From assembly GCA_031281155.1 (NCBI GenBank), contig JAITFT010000018.1:1-32000 (forward strand): DNA of 32,000 nucleotides. The letters run 5' to 3'. Below, in pieces: positions 24,338 through 32,000 of this stretch. A program made the translations under genes and the position numbers. The notes under the pieces were generated by a model. The model was not told where the DNA came from and did not search any database. It saw only the letters and a list, made by a program, of their open reading frames with translations. The stretch comes from Candidatus Fibrimonadaceae bacterium. GTDB lineage: Bacteria; Fibrobacterota; Fibrobacteria; Fibrobacterales; Fibrobacteraceae. Each line of letters begins with the position of its first letter. The stretch's first letter is position 1.

Positions 24338-24344
24338 TTTTTGT

Positions 24345-24354
24345 AAGATAGAAA
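24345..24354 (-). promoter_or_regulatory. TTTCTATCTT motif, 7 nt upstream of the Fic ATG (leaderless-type)
   Basis: The minus strand reads GAATTTTCTATCTT-ACAAAAA-ATG(24337). Confidence 0.4.
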
Positions 24355-24439
24355 ATTCCACCCTAATACGCCCTCACCCAATCGATTTTGTATTCAACTG
24401 ACCCGGCCTTGAAAAAATGTAGATTTAGTTAAGCCACTA

Positions 24440-24500
24440 TGAAGAGTATGTGATTTTTAAAACAAATTTACGCTCTGTTCGATGCGTGAAGAGTATGTGA
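24440..24500 (+). repeat. Two perfect copies of the 14-mer TGAAGAGTATGTGA, 47 bp apart start to start
   Basis: Copies at 24440-24453 and 24487-24500. The second copy abuts a TTTCTACATT motif at 24504-24513. Confidence 0.9.
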
Positions 24501-24503
24501 AGT

Positions 24504-24513
24504 TTTCTACATT
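24504..24513 (+). promoter_or_regulatory. TTTCTACATT motif in the Fic/ATPase intergenic region, 7 nt upstream of an ATG
   Basis: AGTTTTCTACATT-ATGCATT-ATG(24521). Confidence 0.3.
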
Positions 24514-24520
24514 ATGCATT

Positions 24521-24643
24521 ATGAAACATTACTTTTCAACAGTGAATAATGTTGTGTTTACTCATTCCGATATGGAAAATACAGCAATGGGTCGCAGGGT
24601 TAGAATGCCTAAAGTCTTTTTAGCTACCTCTACAAGCTCATGA
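24521..24643 (+). CDS. Speculative 40-codon small ORF (MKHYFSTVNNVVFTHSDMENTAMGRRVRMPKVFLATSTSS)
   Basis: The only support is the leaderless-type motif at the right distance, plus an AT-rich hairpin directly after the stop. There is no recognisable domain, and it could instead be a non-coding transcript. Confidence 0.12.
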   Translation: MKHYFSTVNNVVFTHSDMENTAMGRRVRMPKVFLATSTSS

Positions 24644-24645
24644 GC

Positions 24646-24695
24646 AAAAGTTTAGTACACGTGCTAAACTTTTCTATATTTATCTAAAAGTTTAG
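24646..24695. promoter_or_regulatory. Three copies of the 10-mer AAAAGTTTAG (direct, inverted, direct) bracketing the ATPase promoter; candidate operator set or weak hairpin
   Basis: AAAAGTTTAG at 24646-24655, its reverse complement CTAAACTTTT at 24664-24673 (a 10-8-10 inverted repeat), and AAAAGTTTAG again at 24686-24695. The -10-like TATATT (24675-24680) lies between the second and third copies. Confidence 0.5.
24671..24680 (+). promoter_or_regulatory. TTTCTATATT promoter-like motif for the AAA+/DUF4143 ATPase gene (30-nt leader)
   Basis: The exact motif at 24671-24680, with the ATG at 24711. Confidence 0.4.
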
Positions 24696-24710
24696 CGTAT
24701 AGGCAAAATA

Positions 24711-25916
24711 ATGGAGAATGAGGTTATATTCAGAAAATGCTATTCCGATAAAATAAAACCTTTTATTGGAAAGCAAATAATAAAGGTTCTTACCGGGCAA
24801 AGGCGGGTGGGCAAAAGCTATGTTTTAAAACAAACTATAAAACATATAAAGCGCCTCGACAAAAACGCAAATATAATTTATATTGACAAAGAAGACTTAT
24901 TCTTCGACAGCATAAAAACCGCTGAGGATTTGCATAAATACGTAAAAGACAAAACGGCGAAAAAAGTTAAAAATTATGTTTTTATAGATGAAATTCAGGA
25001 AATAAAAGAATTTGAAAAAGCAATGCGCAGCTTGCTTAAAAATTTCATTTACGATTTATACTGCACCGGCAGCAATGCAAATTTTTTGTCTGGCGAACTT
25101 TCAACATTTTTAAGCGGGAGGTATATAGAAATTCCCGTGCATAGCTTGTCGTTTTTGGAATTTTGTGAATTTCACAAATTGCAAAGCGATAAAAATTCCC
25201 TTATGAAATATCTAAAATACGGGGGCATGCCTTATTTAAAGCACCTAGAGCTTGAAGAGGAAGTTGTTTTTCAGTATTTGAAAGGAGTTTATAACACAGT
25301 TATATATAAAGACGTGATTGCAAAAAATGATATTCGCAATACTGCATTTTTAGAGAATTTGGTTTTATTTTTAGCAGACAACACAGGGCAATTATTTTCT
25401 GCAAAAAGAATAAGCGATTATCTAAAATCTCAAAAAGTCAATATAGCGGCTTCGCAGGTTATAAATTACCTTAACCATTTGGTTAGCGCTTTTTTTATAC
25501 ACAAGGTTAAACGAGAGTCCATTGTCGGCAAAAGAGTGTTTGAAATTGGCGAAAAATTTTACTTCGAAGATATTGGCTTAAGAAACGCCATATTTGGGTA
25601 CAAGCAAACGGATATAGGCAAAATAATGGAGAACGTTGTTTACAATCATTTGCTGCATTGCGGCTATGAAGTTACAGTTGGTACCGATGGCGATAGGGAA
25701 ATAGATTTTATCGCAAGAAAAAAAGGCGAAAAGATGTATGTGCAAGTTTGCTATTTATTGCACGATAGCAAAACCATTGAGCGTGAGTTCGGCAATTTGG
25801 AAAAGATTAAAGATAATTATCCAAAAACGGTTGTATCTATGGATGAATTTACCGGAAATTCAAAGAACGGGATAAAACATTCAAACTTGCTTGAGTTTTT
25901 TTCTAAATTTCCCTAA
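24711..25916 (+). CDS. AAA+ ATPase of the COG1373 type (AAA_14 + DUF4143) with a C-terminal restriction-endonuclease-like region
   Basis: Walker A TGQRRVGKSY, Walker B YVFIDEIQEI. The C-terminal GDREIDFIARKKGEKMYVQVCY resembles the PD-(D/E)XK-like tail I recall for this family. Confidence 0.85.
   Translation: MENEVIFRKCYSDKIKPFIGKQIIKVLTGQRRVGKSYVLKQTIKHIKRLDKNANIIYIDKEDLFFDSIKTAEDLHKYVKDKTAKKVKNYVFIDEIQEIKEFEKAMRSLLKNFIYDLYCTGSNANFLSGELSTFLSGRYIEIPVHSLSFLEFCEFHKLQSDKNSLMKYLKYGGMPYLKHLELEEEVVFQYLKGVYNTVIYKDVIAKNDIRNTAFLENLVLFLADNTGQLFSAKRISDYLKSQKVNIAASQVINYLNHLVSAFFIHKVKRESIVGKRVFEIGEKFYFEDIGLRNAIFGYKQTDIGKIMENVVYNHLLHCGYEVTVGTDGDREIDFIARKKGEKMYVQVCYLLHDSKTIEREFGNLEKIKDNYPKTVVSMDEFTGNSKNGIKHSNLLEFFSKFP
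25900..25909 (+). promoter_or_regulatory. TTTCTAAATT motif, 6 nt upstream of the polA ATG, embedded in the last codons of the ATPase gene
   Basis: GAGTTTTTTTCTAAATT-TCCCTA-ATG(25916). The ATPase stop TAA and the polA ATG share one base (TAATG). Confidence 0.4.
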
Positions 25917-28435
25917 TGTCCAGACTCTTCCTTATAGACTCTTTCGCTCTTGCGTTTCGCATGTATTATGCATATACGAGAAACCCGCTTAGGAATAGCA
26001 AGGGGCAGCTGGTTTCGCTTTTGCATGGTTATTGGGGAGCTATTTTGCGGATAATTAAAGCGCATAAGCCAGATTATTTTGCAATTGTGCGAGACGTGTC
26101 AAAGCAAACGTTCAGGCATGAAATCTACCCAGAATACAAAGCAAACCGAAAGCCTATGCCAGCCGAAATGGTAGAGCAAATGCCATACTTAAACGAATCG
26201 CTGAAAAAAAGCGGAATCCCCGTTTTGGAACATGAAGGCTTTGAAGCCGACGATGTTATGGCAGCCATCGCAATGCACGCCGTAGAAAAAAATTGCTCCG
26301 TATATTTAGTAACCAAAGACAAAGACATGGCGCAGCTTGTAAACGAAAAAATCCACCTTTACCAAATTGAAAGAGGAGCAAAAGGAATAGATTTTGGAAT
26401 AGAGCAAGTTAAGGAGAAATTCGGCGTTTACCCTGAGCAGATGAAAGATTATCTCGCCATTGTAGGCGACTCTTCCGACAATATACCCGGCGTTGCGAAA
26501 ATAGGCCAAAAAGGCGCAACAGAACTTTTGAAGAAATACGGCACTTTAGAAAACATATACGAACACCTGGCAGAACTGCCCAAGACAAAACGAGAAGCTT
26601 TGGAAACAAACAGAGAAAACGCTTTTTTAAGCAAAAAACTGGTGGCTCTGCGAAGCGATTATGATTTCGGCTACCGCTTGGAAAATTTGCGCTACGAGGG
26701 CTTAAACAGAAGAGAATTATATGATTTTTTTACCGAATACGAAGTCCCAAGCCTCATTACTTTGCTGCCAAACGCAGAAGAACCGTCTTTGTTTTCGTTC
26801 TTGCCGCCGCCAAAAGAAGAGGAAAGAGTTCTAGTTGATTGCGTGGAAGCTTTGCAGAAAATGGAAGAAGATTTGAAGCACGCAAAAACTTTGGCTTTGT
26901 TAATTTCTGAAAACGGCGCGGTTTCCATTAGCAAAAATGAAAAGAGGTTTTACGAGCTATCGCAAGACGCAACGCTTTATAAAGAATGGCTGAAAGAACT
27001 TTTTGAAAATGAGAATTTAGACTTTGTTTTTTACAATGCAAAAGCAACCTTTCATGTTTTGGATTTCCCGCTACCGAAAAATTTTTGGGACTTTTTGCTT
27101 GCCCAATGGCTTTTAAGGCCAAGTACGCATTATCCGAACACATTGAAAAACGCAGCCGCTCTTTTTGCTAAATGGCAAAACGTTAAAGAGGAATTAGAAA
27201 GAAAAAATCTATTTGAGTTTTATGAAAGCAAAAGCATGCGGCTTACGAAATGCCTTTATGAAATGGAATGCACCGGCATTTCAATAGATAATACTGCGCT
27301 TAATATCCTTGATTCAGAATTGCAAAAAAGAATTTTAGAACTGGAAGAGGAAGTTTTTAGAATAGCGGAATCCCGCTTTAAACTGACTTCGCCAAAACAA
27401 CTTTCGCATATTCTTTACGATAAATTGAAGCTTCCCATAGTTAAAAAGAAAGCGAACGGCCCAAGCACCGATGCCGAGACTTTGGAAATGCTGCTTGAAA
27501 GCCCGGAGCCGCATCCAATTTTACAGCCAATTTTGAGTTGGCGCGAATTGCAAAAACTCCAAAACGGATATACGGAAGCTTTGCCAAAGTTGGTATCGCC
27601 AAAAACAAACCGCATCCACACTACATTCTTGCCTTGGGGAACGGCAACGGGCAGGCTTTCCAGCGTGAACCCAAATTTGCAGAACATTCCCGTTAGGAGC
27701 GAGGAGGGCAGGAGAATCAGAGCGGTTTTTGTGCCAAGCCAAAAGCATTGGAAAATCCTTTCTGTTGATTACTCTCAAATAGAATTAAGAATGCTGGCTC
27801 ATTTAAGCGGCGACCCAGAACTTTTGAGGGCATTTCAGCAGGGGCTTGACATTCATTGCATAACGGCGGCGAAAATTTTTGGAACAGATGAAATTAGCAA
27901 AGATATGAGGGCGGCCGCAAAAATTGTTAATTTTGGCGTGATTTACGGAATGAGTTCGTTCAGGCTTGCCAGAGATTTGCGAATAGCCCGTGCCAAGGCA
28001 ACGGATTTTATAAGCGGGTATTTCAGTTTGTACAGCAAAGTGAAGGAATATTTTGAAGAACTTATTAATACTGCGAGAGAGCAGGGTTTTGTGGAAACAA
28101 TAGCGAAGCGGCGGCGTTATTTGCCAGAGCTGAAAGCGAGCGAGCATCAGGAGCGGTCTATGGCGGAGCGCATGGCAATGAACACCCCAATTCAAGGCAG
28201 TGCCGCAGATTTAATTGTAGAAGCAATGCTTCGTTTGCATAGCAAAATAAAAAGCGAAAAGCTGCCGCTGAAAATGCTTTTGCAGGTTCACGATGAATTG
28301 GTCTTTGAATGCCCCGAAGAAAACGCGGCAGAGTTTTCGCAAATTATTAAAAGCGAAATGGAAAACGCTATGCAGCTTAGCGTTCCGATAGTTGCTAACG
28401 TTGGAATAGGGGAGAATTGGCTTGCGGCGAAGTGA
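25916..28435 (+). CDS. polA: DNA polymerase I (5' nuclease + degenerate 3'-5' exonuclease-like linker + family A polymerase)
   Basis: 839 aa. 5' nuclease N-terminus LFLIDSFALAFRMYYA. Motif A DYSQIELRMLAHLS, motif B RAAAKIVNFGVIYGMS, motif C LQVHDELVFE. The Exo I position reads LALLISENG rather than a DxE-containing motif. Confidence 0.95.
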   Translation: MSRLFLIDSFALAFRMYYAYTRNPLRNSKGQLVSLLHGYWGAILRIIKAHKPDYFAIVRDVSKQTFRHEIYPEYKANRKPMPAEMVEQMPYLNESLKKSGIPVLEHEGFEADDVMAAIAMHAVEKNCSVYLVTKDKDMAQLVNEKIHLYQIERGAKGIDFGIEQVKEKFGVYPEQMKDYLAIVGDSSDNIPGVAKIGQKGATELLKKYGTLENIYEHLAELPKTKREALETNRENAFLSKKLVALRSDYDFGYRLENLRYEGLNRRELYDFFTEYEVPSLITLLPNAEEPSLFSFLPPPKEEERVLVDCVEALQKMEEDLKHAKTLALLISENGAVSISKNEKRFYELSQDATLYKEWLKELFENENLDFVFYNAKATFHVLDFPLPKNFWDFLLAQWLLRPSTHYPNTLKNAAALFAKWQNVKEELERKNLFEFYESKSMRLTKCLYEMECTGISIDNTALNILDSELQKRILELEEEVFRIAESRFKLTSPKQLSHILYDKLKLPIVKKKANGPSTDAETLEMLLESPEPHPILQPILSWRELQKLQNGYTEALPKLVSPKTNRIHTTFLPWGTATGRLSSVNPNLQNIPVRSEEGRRIRAVFVPSQKHWKILSVDYSQIELRMLAHLSGDPELLRAFQQGLDIHCITAAKIFGTDEISKDMRAAAKIVNFGVIYGMSSFRLARDLRIARAKATDFISGYFSLYSKVKEYFEELINTAREQGFVETIAKRRRYLPELKASEHQERSMAERMAMNTPIQGSAADLIVEAMLRLHSKIKSEKLPLKMLLQVHDELVFECPEENAAEFSQIIKSEMENAMQLSVPIVANVGIGENWLAAK

Positions 28436-28442
28436 GGCGCTT

Positions 28443-29210
28443 TCAAAGCCCCGACACCATCGCTCTTACATACTCGTAAACTTCTTTCCCGGCATCTTTG
28501 CCGTATTTCTCAATAATCCTAACGATTGCGCTACCAACTATAACCCCGTCTGCGATTTCCGCAAAGTGGGCTGCCTGCTCTGGCGTGCTTATGCCAAAGC
28601 CCACGGCAGCAGGCGTTTTGCTAACGGCTCGGATTGATTTAACGATTGCTTCTATATCTGTGGTTATTTCGCTACGCACTCCGGTAACGCCCATGGAAGA
28701 TACAATGTAAAGAAAACCCTTGCTTTCTTTTGCGATCCTTTCTACACGTTCGCTTGAGGTGGGAGCGATAAGCGAAATAAGGGTTATGCCGTATTTTTCC
28801 GCTTCGGCTTTGAGCTCGCCCTGCTCTTCAAAAGGCAAATCGGGGATTATTATGCCATCAACGCCTACTTCTGCGCATTTTGCGAAAAATTTATCGTAGC
28901 CATAATAATAAACTGGGTTTAGATAAGTGAGAAATGCCAAAGGAATTTTGCTCTTTTTCCTAACGCGCTTCACTAACTCAAATATACCATGCACAGTAGT
29001 GCCGGCGTTTAAAGCACGAACACTGGCCGCTTGAATAACCTCGCCTTCGGCTATTGGGTCGGAAAAAGGAATGCCTAATTCAATTAAACTTGCGCCTGCG
29101 CGCTCAAGTTCAAAAATAAATTCCTCGGTTTTTTCAAGGCTTGGGTCGCCACCTGTTAAGAAAGCTATAAAAGCTTTGCCATTTTTAAAAGCACTTTCAA
29201 TTCTGTTCAT
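28443..29210 (-). CDS. trpA: Tryptophan synthase alpha chain
   Basis: 255 aa. [17 protein letters not shown] and [10 protein letters not shown] signatures. It overlaps the trpB stop by 14 nt. Confidence 0.93.
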   Translation of the reverse strand: MNRIESAFKNGKAFIAFLTGGDPSLEKTEEFIFELERAGASLIELGIPFSDPIAEGEVIQAASVRALNAGTTVHGIFELVKRVRKKSKIPLAFLTYLNPVYYYGYDKFFAKCAEVGVDGIIIPDLPFEEQGELKAEAEKYGITLISLIAPTSSERVERIAKESKGFLYIVSSMGVTGVRSEITTDIEAIVKSIRAVSKTPAAVGFGISTPEQAAHFAEIADGVIVGSAIVRIIEKYGKDAGKEVYEYVRAMVSGL

Positions 29211-30387
29211 GAATTATTACCCCCCTGTACTTTGCTATCGCCGCAACATCTTTATCGCCTCTTCCAGAGAGGCATACGATAATGCTTTCGTCTTTGTCAA
29301 AATCCCTTGCCGCTTTTTGCACATAAGCAATGGCATGCGCAGATTCAATGGCGCAGATAATTCCTTCTGTTTTTGCCAGATACTCAAATGCCGAAACCGC
29401 TTCTTCATCGGTAACAGGGACATATTTTGCGCGCCTTGTTTTGTGAAGATAAGCGTGTTCGGGGCCAATGCCGGGGTAATCCAAGCCTGCTGAAATTGAA
29501 TGCACAGGTGCAATTTGCCCGTTTTCGTCTTGGCAAAAATACGATTTCATTCCATGGAATACGCCTTTCTTGCCTTTTGCAATTGTTGCTGCATGGTGTG
29601 GCGTGTATATTCCTTTGCCAGCCGCTTCGCAGCCTATAAGTTTCACATCTCTGTCTTCAATAAAATGGTAGAACATTCCCATTGCATTGCTGCCGCCGCC
29701 TACGCAGGCTATTACTGCGGCAGGCAATTTATTTTCGCATTGCAGAATTTGCTCCCTTGCCTCTTTGCTTATAACGCTTTGCAAATCCCTCACTATGATA
29801 GGAAAAGGATGCGGCCCCATTACCGAGCCTAGAACGTAGTGCGTGTCGCTAACGCGCCTTGTCCATTCGCGCATGGTTTCGTTGACAGCATCTTTAAGCG
29901 TTTTTGTGCCGCTTGTAACTGTGTGTACTTTTGCACCCAGCAATTCCATTCTGTAAACATTGAGGGATTGCCGTTCGGTATCTTCTTCGCCCATGAAAAT
30001 TTCACATTCAAGCCCAAGCAGGGCGGCGGCAGTGGCTATTGCAACGCCATGCTGCCCTGCGCCTGTTTCTGCAATAACACGGGTTTTTCCCATTTTTTTT
30101 GCCAAGAGCGCCTGCCCAAGCACATTGTTTATTTTATGCGAACCTGTGTGGTTAAGATCTTCGCGTTTAAGGTAAATTTTTGCACCGCCCAAATCTTGTG
30201 TCATTTTCTCGGCAAAGTAAAGCAAAGAAGGTCTGCCTGCATAGTTTCTGTACAAGGTATCGAGTTCTGCTATAAATTGCAGATCGTTTTTGTAATGCTC
30301 ATAGGCCTTTTCCAGAGCCGTTACTTCGTTCATAAGCGTTTCGGGTATGTATTGCCCGCCGTACTCGCCGAACCTTCCGTTTTTCAT
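29197..30387 (-). CDS. trpB: Tryptophan synthase beta chain
   Basis: 396 aa. [15 protein letters not shown], the PLP-lysine context [11 protein letters not shown], and GGGSNAMG. Confidence 0.95.
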   Translation of the reverse strand: MKNGRFGEYGGQYIPETLMNEVTALEKAYEHYKNDLQFIAELDTLYRNYAGRPSLLYFAEKMTQDLGGAKIYLKREDLNHTGSHKINNVLGQALLAKKMGKTRVIAETGAGQHGVAIATAAALLGLECEIFMGEEDTERQSLNVYRMELLGAKVHTVTSGTKTLKDAVNETMREWTRRVSDTHYVLGSVMGPHPFPIIVRDLQSVISKEAREQILQCENKLPAAVIACVGGGSNAMGMFYHFIEDRDVKLIGCEAAGKGIYTPHHAATIAKGKKGVFHGMKSYFCQDENGQIAPVHSISAGLDYPGIGPEHAYLHKTRRAKYVPVTDEEAVSAFEYLAKTEGIICAIESAHAIAYVQKAARDFDKDESIIVCLSGRGDKDVAAIAKYRGVIIHEQN

Positions 30388-30965
30388 ATTTCCCTCCTTA
30401 TAATTTGCGTAATTTCAATTATTTTTTCTCTGTTTTTATTGCCGCTTTCGTCTTCTGCGCCGCTGCTTAAATCTATGCAGTAAGGATTTAGCTTTTTGGC
30501 TTCTTTAATGTTGCCAAGGTTTATTCCTCCTGCCAGGAAAATGTTTTTGCTGCATTCAGGGATTAAGCTCCAGTCGAAGCTTTTGCCTGTGCCGCCTTTG
30601 CCGCTATCGAAAAGCAAGTAGTCGGCATTAGCGGGGTAAGGGTTCCCAGCATTAATCGCTTTTATCACGGGAATATCGCAAGTTTTTTTAAGTATCTCTA
30701 TATAATATTCCGTTTCGGTTCCGTGCAGTTGCGCTATGTTTATTACACCCTTGTTATACAGCTCCTCTATAAAAGTGTATGCCGCATTTACAAAAACACC
30801 AACAGCAATTATTTTCGGATTCAGTTTTTTTTTATATTCCGCGGCAACCTCAGCGCTTACGCGCCGCTTGCTTTCCGCAAACACAAAGCCAATATAATCT
30901 GGCATTGCTTCGTTTACGTAGTCAATGTCAGCAGAATTTTTTAAACCACAGATTTTTATTTTCAT
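30384..30965 (-). CDS. trpF: Phosphoribosylanthranilate isomerase
   Basis: 193 aa. [24 protein letters not shown] and [13 protein letters not shown] fit the TrpF TIM barrel. ATGA overlap with trpB. Confidence 0.88.
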   Translation of the reverse strand: MKIKICGLKNSADIDYVNEAMPDYIGFVFAESKRRVSAEVAAEYKKKLNPKIIAVGVFVNAAYTFIEELYNKGVINIAQLHGTETEYYIEILKKTCDIPVIKAINAGNPYPANADYLLFDSGKGGTGKSFDWSLIPECSKNIFLAGGINLGNIKEAKKLNPYCIDLSSGAEDESGNKNREKIIEITQIIRREI

Positions 30966-30971
30966 GGTGCT

Positions 30972-32000
30972 TTATTTCACAGCTTTAACAGCTTTATGCA
31001 ATCTCTCAAAAAGTTCCTCTATTTTATTTAGCGGAACAGAAGAGAATGCTATTCTGATAAGGCCGGAAATAGATATAACGCCAAGACCGTTTTTCAAGCA
31101 TTCTTGCCGCACTGCTTCCAATTCTGCGCCGTTTATTTTAACGCACATAAAGTAGCCGCTATTGAAAGGCATGGCGGTAAAGGATTCTGCGTATTCTGGG
31201 CGATCTGCTAAAACTTGCTTTATTTTTTCGTAGCGAGCTTTTAGAGTGTTGTATTTTACTCGCTTCTCGCTTTCATAGCTCTCGCTGCTATATGCATTGA
31301 ACAAGATTTCTTGCGATGGGCTTGACGCATTGGATATGGTGGCTCGCACGGTGCCGGCTGCTTTGTCTTCTAGAGCCTTGAGCTGAATGTCGGCTGCGCC
31401 CTTGAATGCAAAGGTGATAAAGCCAACTCTAAAGCCCCAAACGTAGTCTTCTTTTGTTGGGCCGTCCATTTTCACAGCGAGCAGGTTTTCGTGCGCATTC
31501 GCCAAAAGGCTAAACAGAGAGTCTTCGTATATGCCCTTTTCGTAAACCAGGCCAAAGTAGGCATCGTCTAAAAGAACAACTACATCGTTTCCTTTTTCAG
31601 CACAGTTTTTTAGTGCTTCGAAAATTTCTTTTGCTTCGTTGTTAGTTACTGTGTAGCCGGTTGGGTTGTTTGGAAAATTCAAAAGCACTATTTTTTTGCC
31701 GGGGCCTTCAAGAGTTTTGGCTAGCGCAGCTGTGTCGAAATTTCCGTTAACGAATGTATTGTATGTTTTAATGCTTGCCCCATGGCTTTCGTAGAAAATC
31801 AGGTCGTAATTATCCCAGTATAAATCGGGCATGATTATTGTGTCGCCTGGGTTTACGAACATGCTTGCAGAAATTGAGAGGGCGTGCGTGAGAGCTGCCG
31901 TTACCACAGGCTCGCTAAACTTAATTCCAGCCAGGTTTTTATTCTTTTCCAGCAGTTTTTCGCCCCATTTTTTACGCAACTGTGCTTTGCCGAAGCTAGG
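30972..32000 (-). CDS. Class I/II PLP-dependent aminotransferase, C-terminal ~342 codons; the 5' end runs off the window
   Basis: The track 'start' at 31979 is a TTG. The frame stays open to the window edge (upstream codons read PSFGKAQ-L-RKKW). Motifs: LNFPNNPTGY, DDAYFGLVYE, and the PLP-Lys context DGPTKEDYVWGFRVGF. Confidence 0.8.
   Translation of the reverse strand, partial: PSFGKAQLRKKWGEKLLEKNKNLAGIKFSEPVVTAALTHALSISASMFVNPGDTIIMPDLYWDNYDLIFYESHGASIKTYNTFVNGNFDTAALAKTLEGPGKKIVLLNFPNNPTGYTVTNNEAKEIFEALKNCAEKGNDVVVLLDDAYFGLVYEKGIYEDSLFSLLANAHENLLAVKMDGPTKEDYVWGFRVGFITFAFKGAADIQLKALEDKAAGTVRATISNASSPSQEILFNAYSSESYESEKRVKYNTLKARYEKIKQVLADRPEYAESFTAMPFNSGYFMCVKINGAELEAVRQECLKNGLGVISISGLIRIAFSSVPLNKIEELFERLHKAVKAVK

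Noticed and set aside
24589-24609. A tRNA T-arm-like string GGGTCGCAGGGTTAGAATGCC in the Fic/ATPase intergenic region.
   Set aside because: The flanks do not pair to form a T-stem, and I could not draw an acceptor, D or anticodon arm around it.
1313-30483. Many long ORFs in the track lie antisense to, or out of frame with, confident genes. Examples: 1688..2305, 2490..3248 (five ORFs), 9845..10708, 13937..14392, 17761..18237, 20326..20830, 22399..23097, 27803..28195, 29839..30483.
   Set aside because: Each is fully embedded in a long ORF that has clear family motifs. Their translations are low-complexity or biased (R/C/F-rich) with no recognisable motifs. The 2490-3250 cluster coincides with a locally GC-rich stretch, which reduces the chance of stop codons.
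28443-32000. The aminotransferase-trpF-trpB-trpA arrangement as an unusual trp operon, or as a site of attenuator or T-box control.
   Set aside because: The operon's 5' end lies outside the window, so no leader can be examined. Partial trp clusters with neighbouring PLP enzymes are common.
1-32000. A search for CRISPR arrays, rRNA/tRNA genes, transposases, integrases, reverse transcriptases and prophage genes.
   Set aside because: I found none. The only repeated DNA of substantial length is the three paralogous kinase cores. The short repeats are reported individually above.

Overview
This is a 32-kb chromosomal segment from a compact, moderately AT-rich bacterial genome. It has lipobox lipoproteins, an RND pump and many 1-14 nt gene overlaps. 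I cannot fix the lineage by eye; several proteins look like FCB-group or spirochaete proteins. I support 28 protein-coding genes, two of them open at the window edges and absent from the ORF track. I saw no rRNA, tRNA, CRISPR array, transposase or integrase.

Gene content, left to right:
- A glycerol-phosphate glycan cluster: GT2, tagD, and a TagF-like enzyme fused to a repeat domain.
- A divergent XRE regulator.
- A plsY-purF-small membrane protein-gmk operon.
- A divergent operon of a GGGPS/PcrB-family prenyltransferase, an orphan ABC ATPase and a SpoIID-like lipoprotein.
- An orphan RND permease.
- A hemerythrin and PduO-type adenosyltransferase pair.
- glyQS plus a lipoprotein.
- An 8-kb operon encoding an HD-GYP response regulator followed by three tandem paralogous HK-REC-Hpt hybrid kinases. 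The middle kinase is kinase-dead.
- An AT-rich two-gene islet: a class-II Fic with a wHTH, divergent from an AAA+/DUF4143 ATPase.
- polA, then the trpA/trpB/trpF genes and an aminotransferase, all on the minus strand (operon order aminotransferase-trpF-trpB-trpA).

Most noteworthy observations:
- The degenerate kinase embedded in the phosphorelay operon.
- An A10 tract inside that operon's canonical promoter spacer.
- A recurring TTTCTAnnTT motif 6-8 nt upstream of ATG codons, which suggests leaderless transcription.
- Back-to-back promoters for plsY (bacterial-type lipid gene) and GGGPS (archaeal-type lipid gene).
- A perfect 48-bp palindrome between two divergent genes.
- A sharp composition break at a domain junction inside the TagF-like gene.
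- A repeat-dense intergenic region in the Fic/ATPase islet.

All protein calls rest on motif recognition by eye. No database search was possible.
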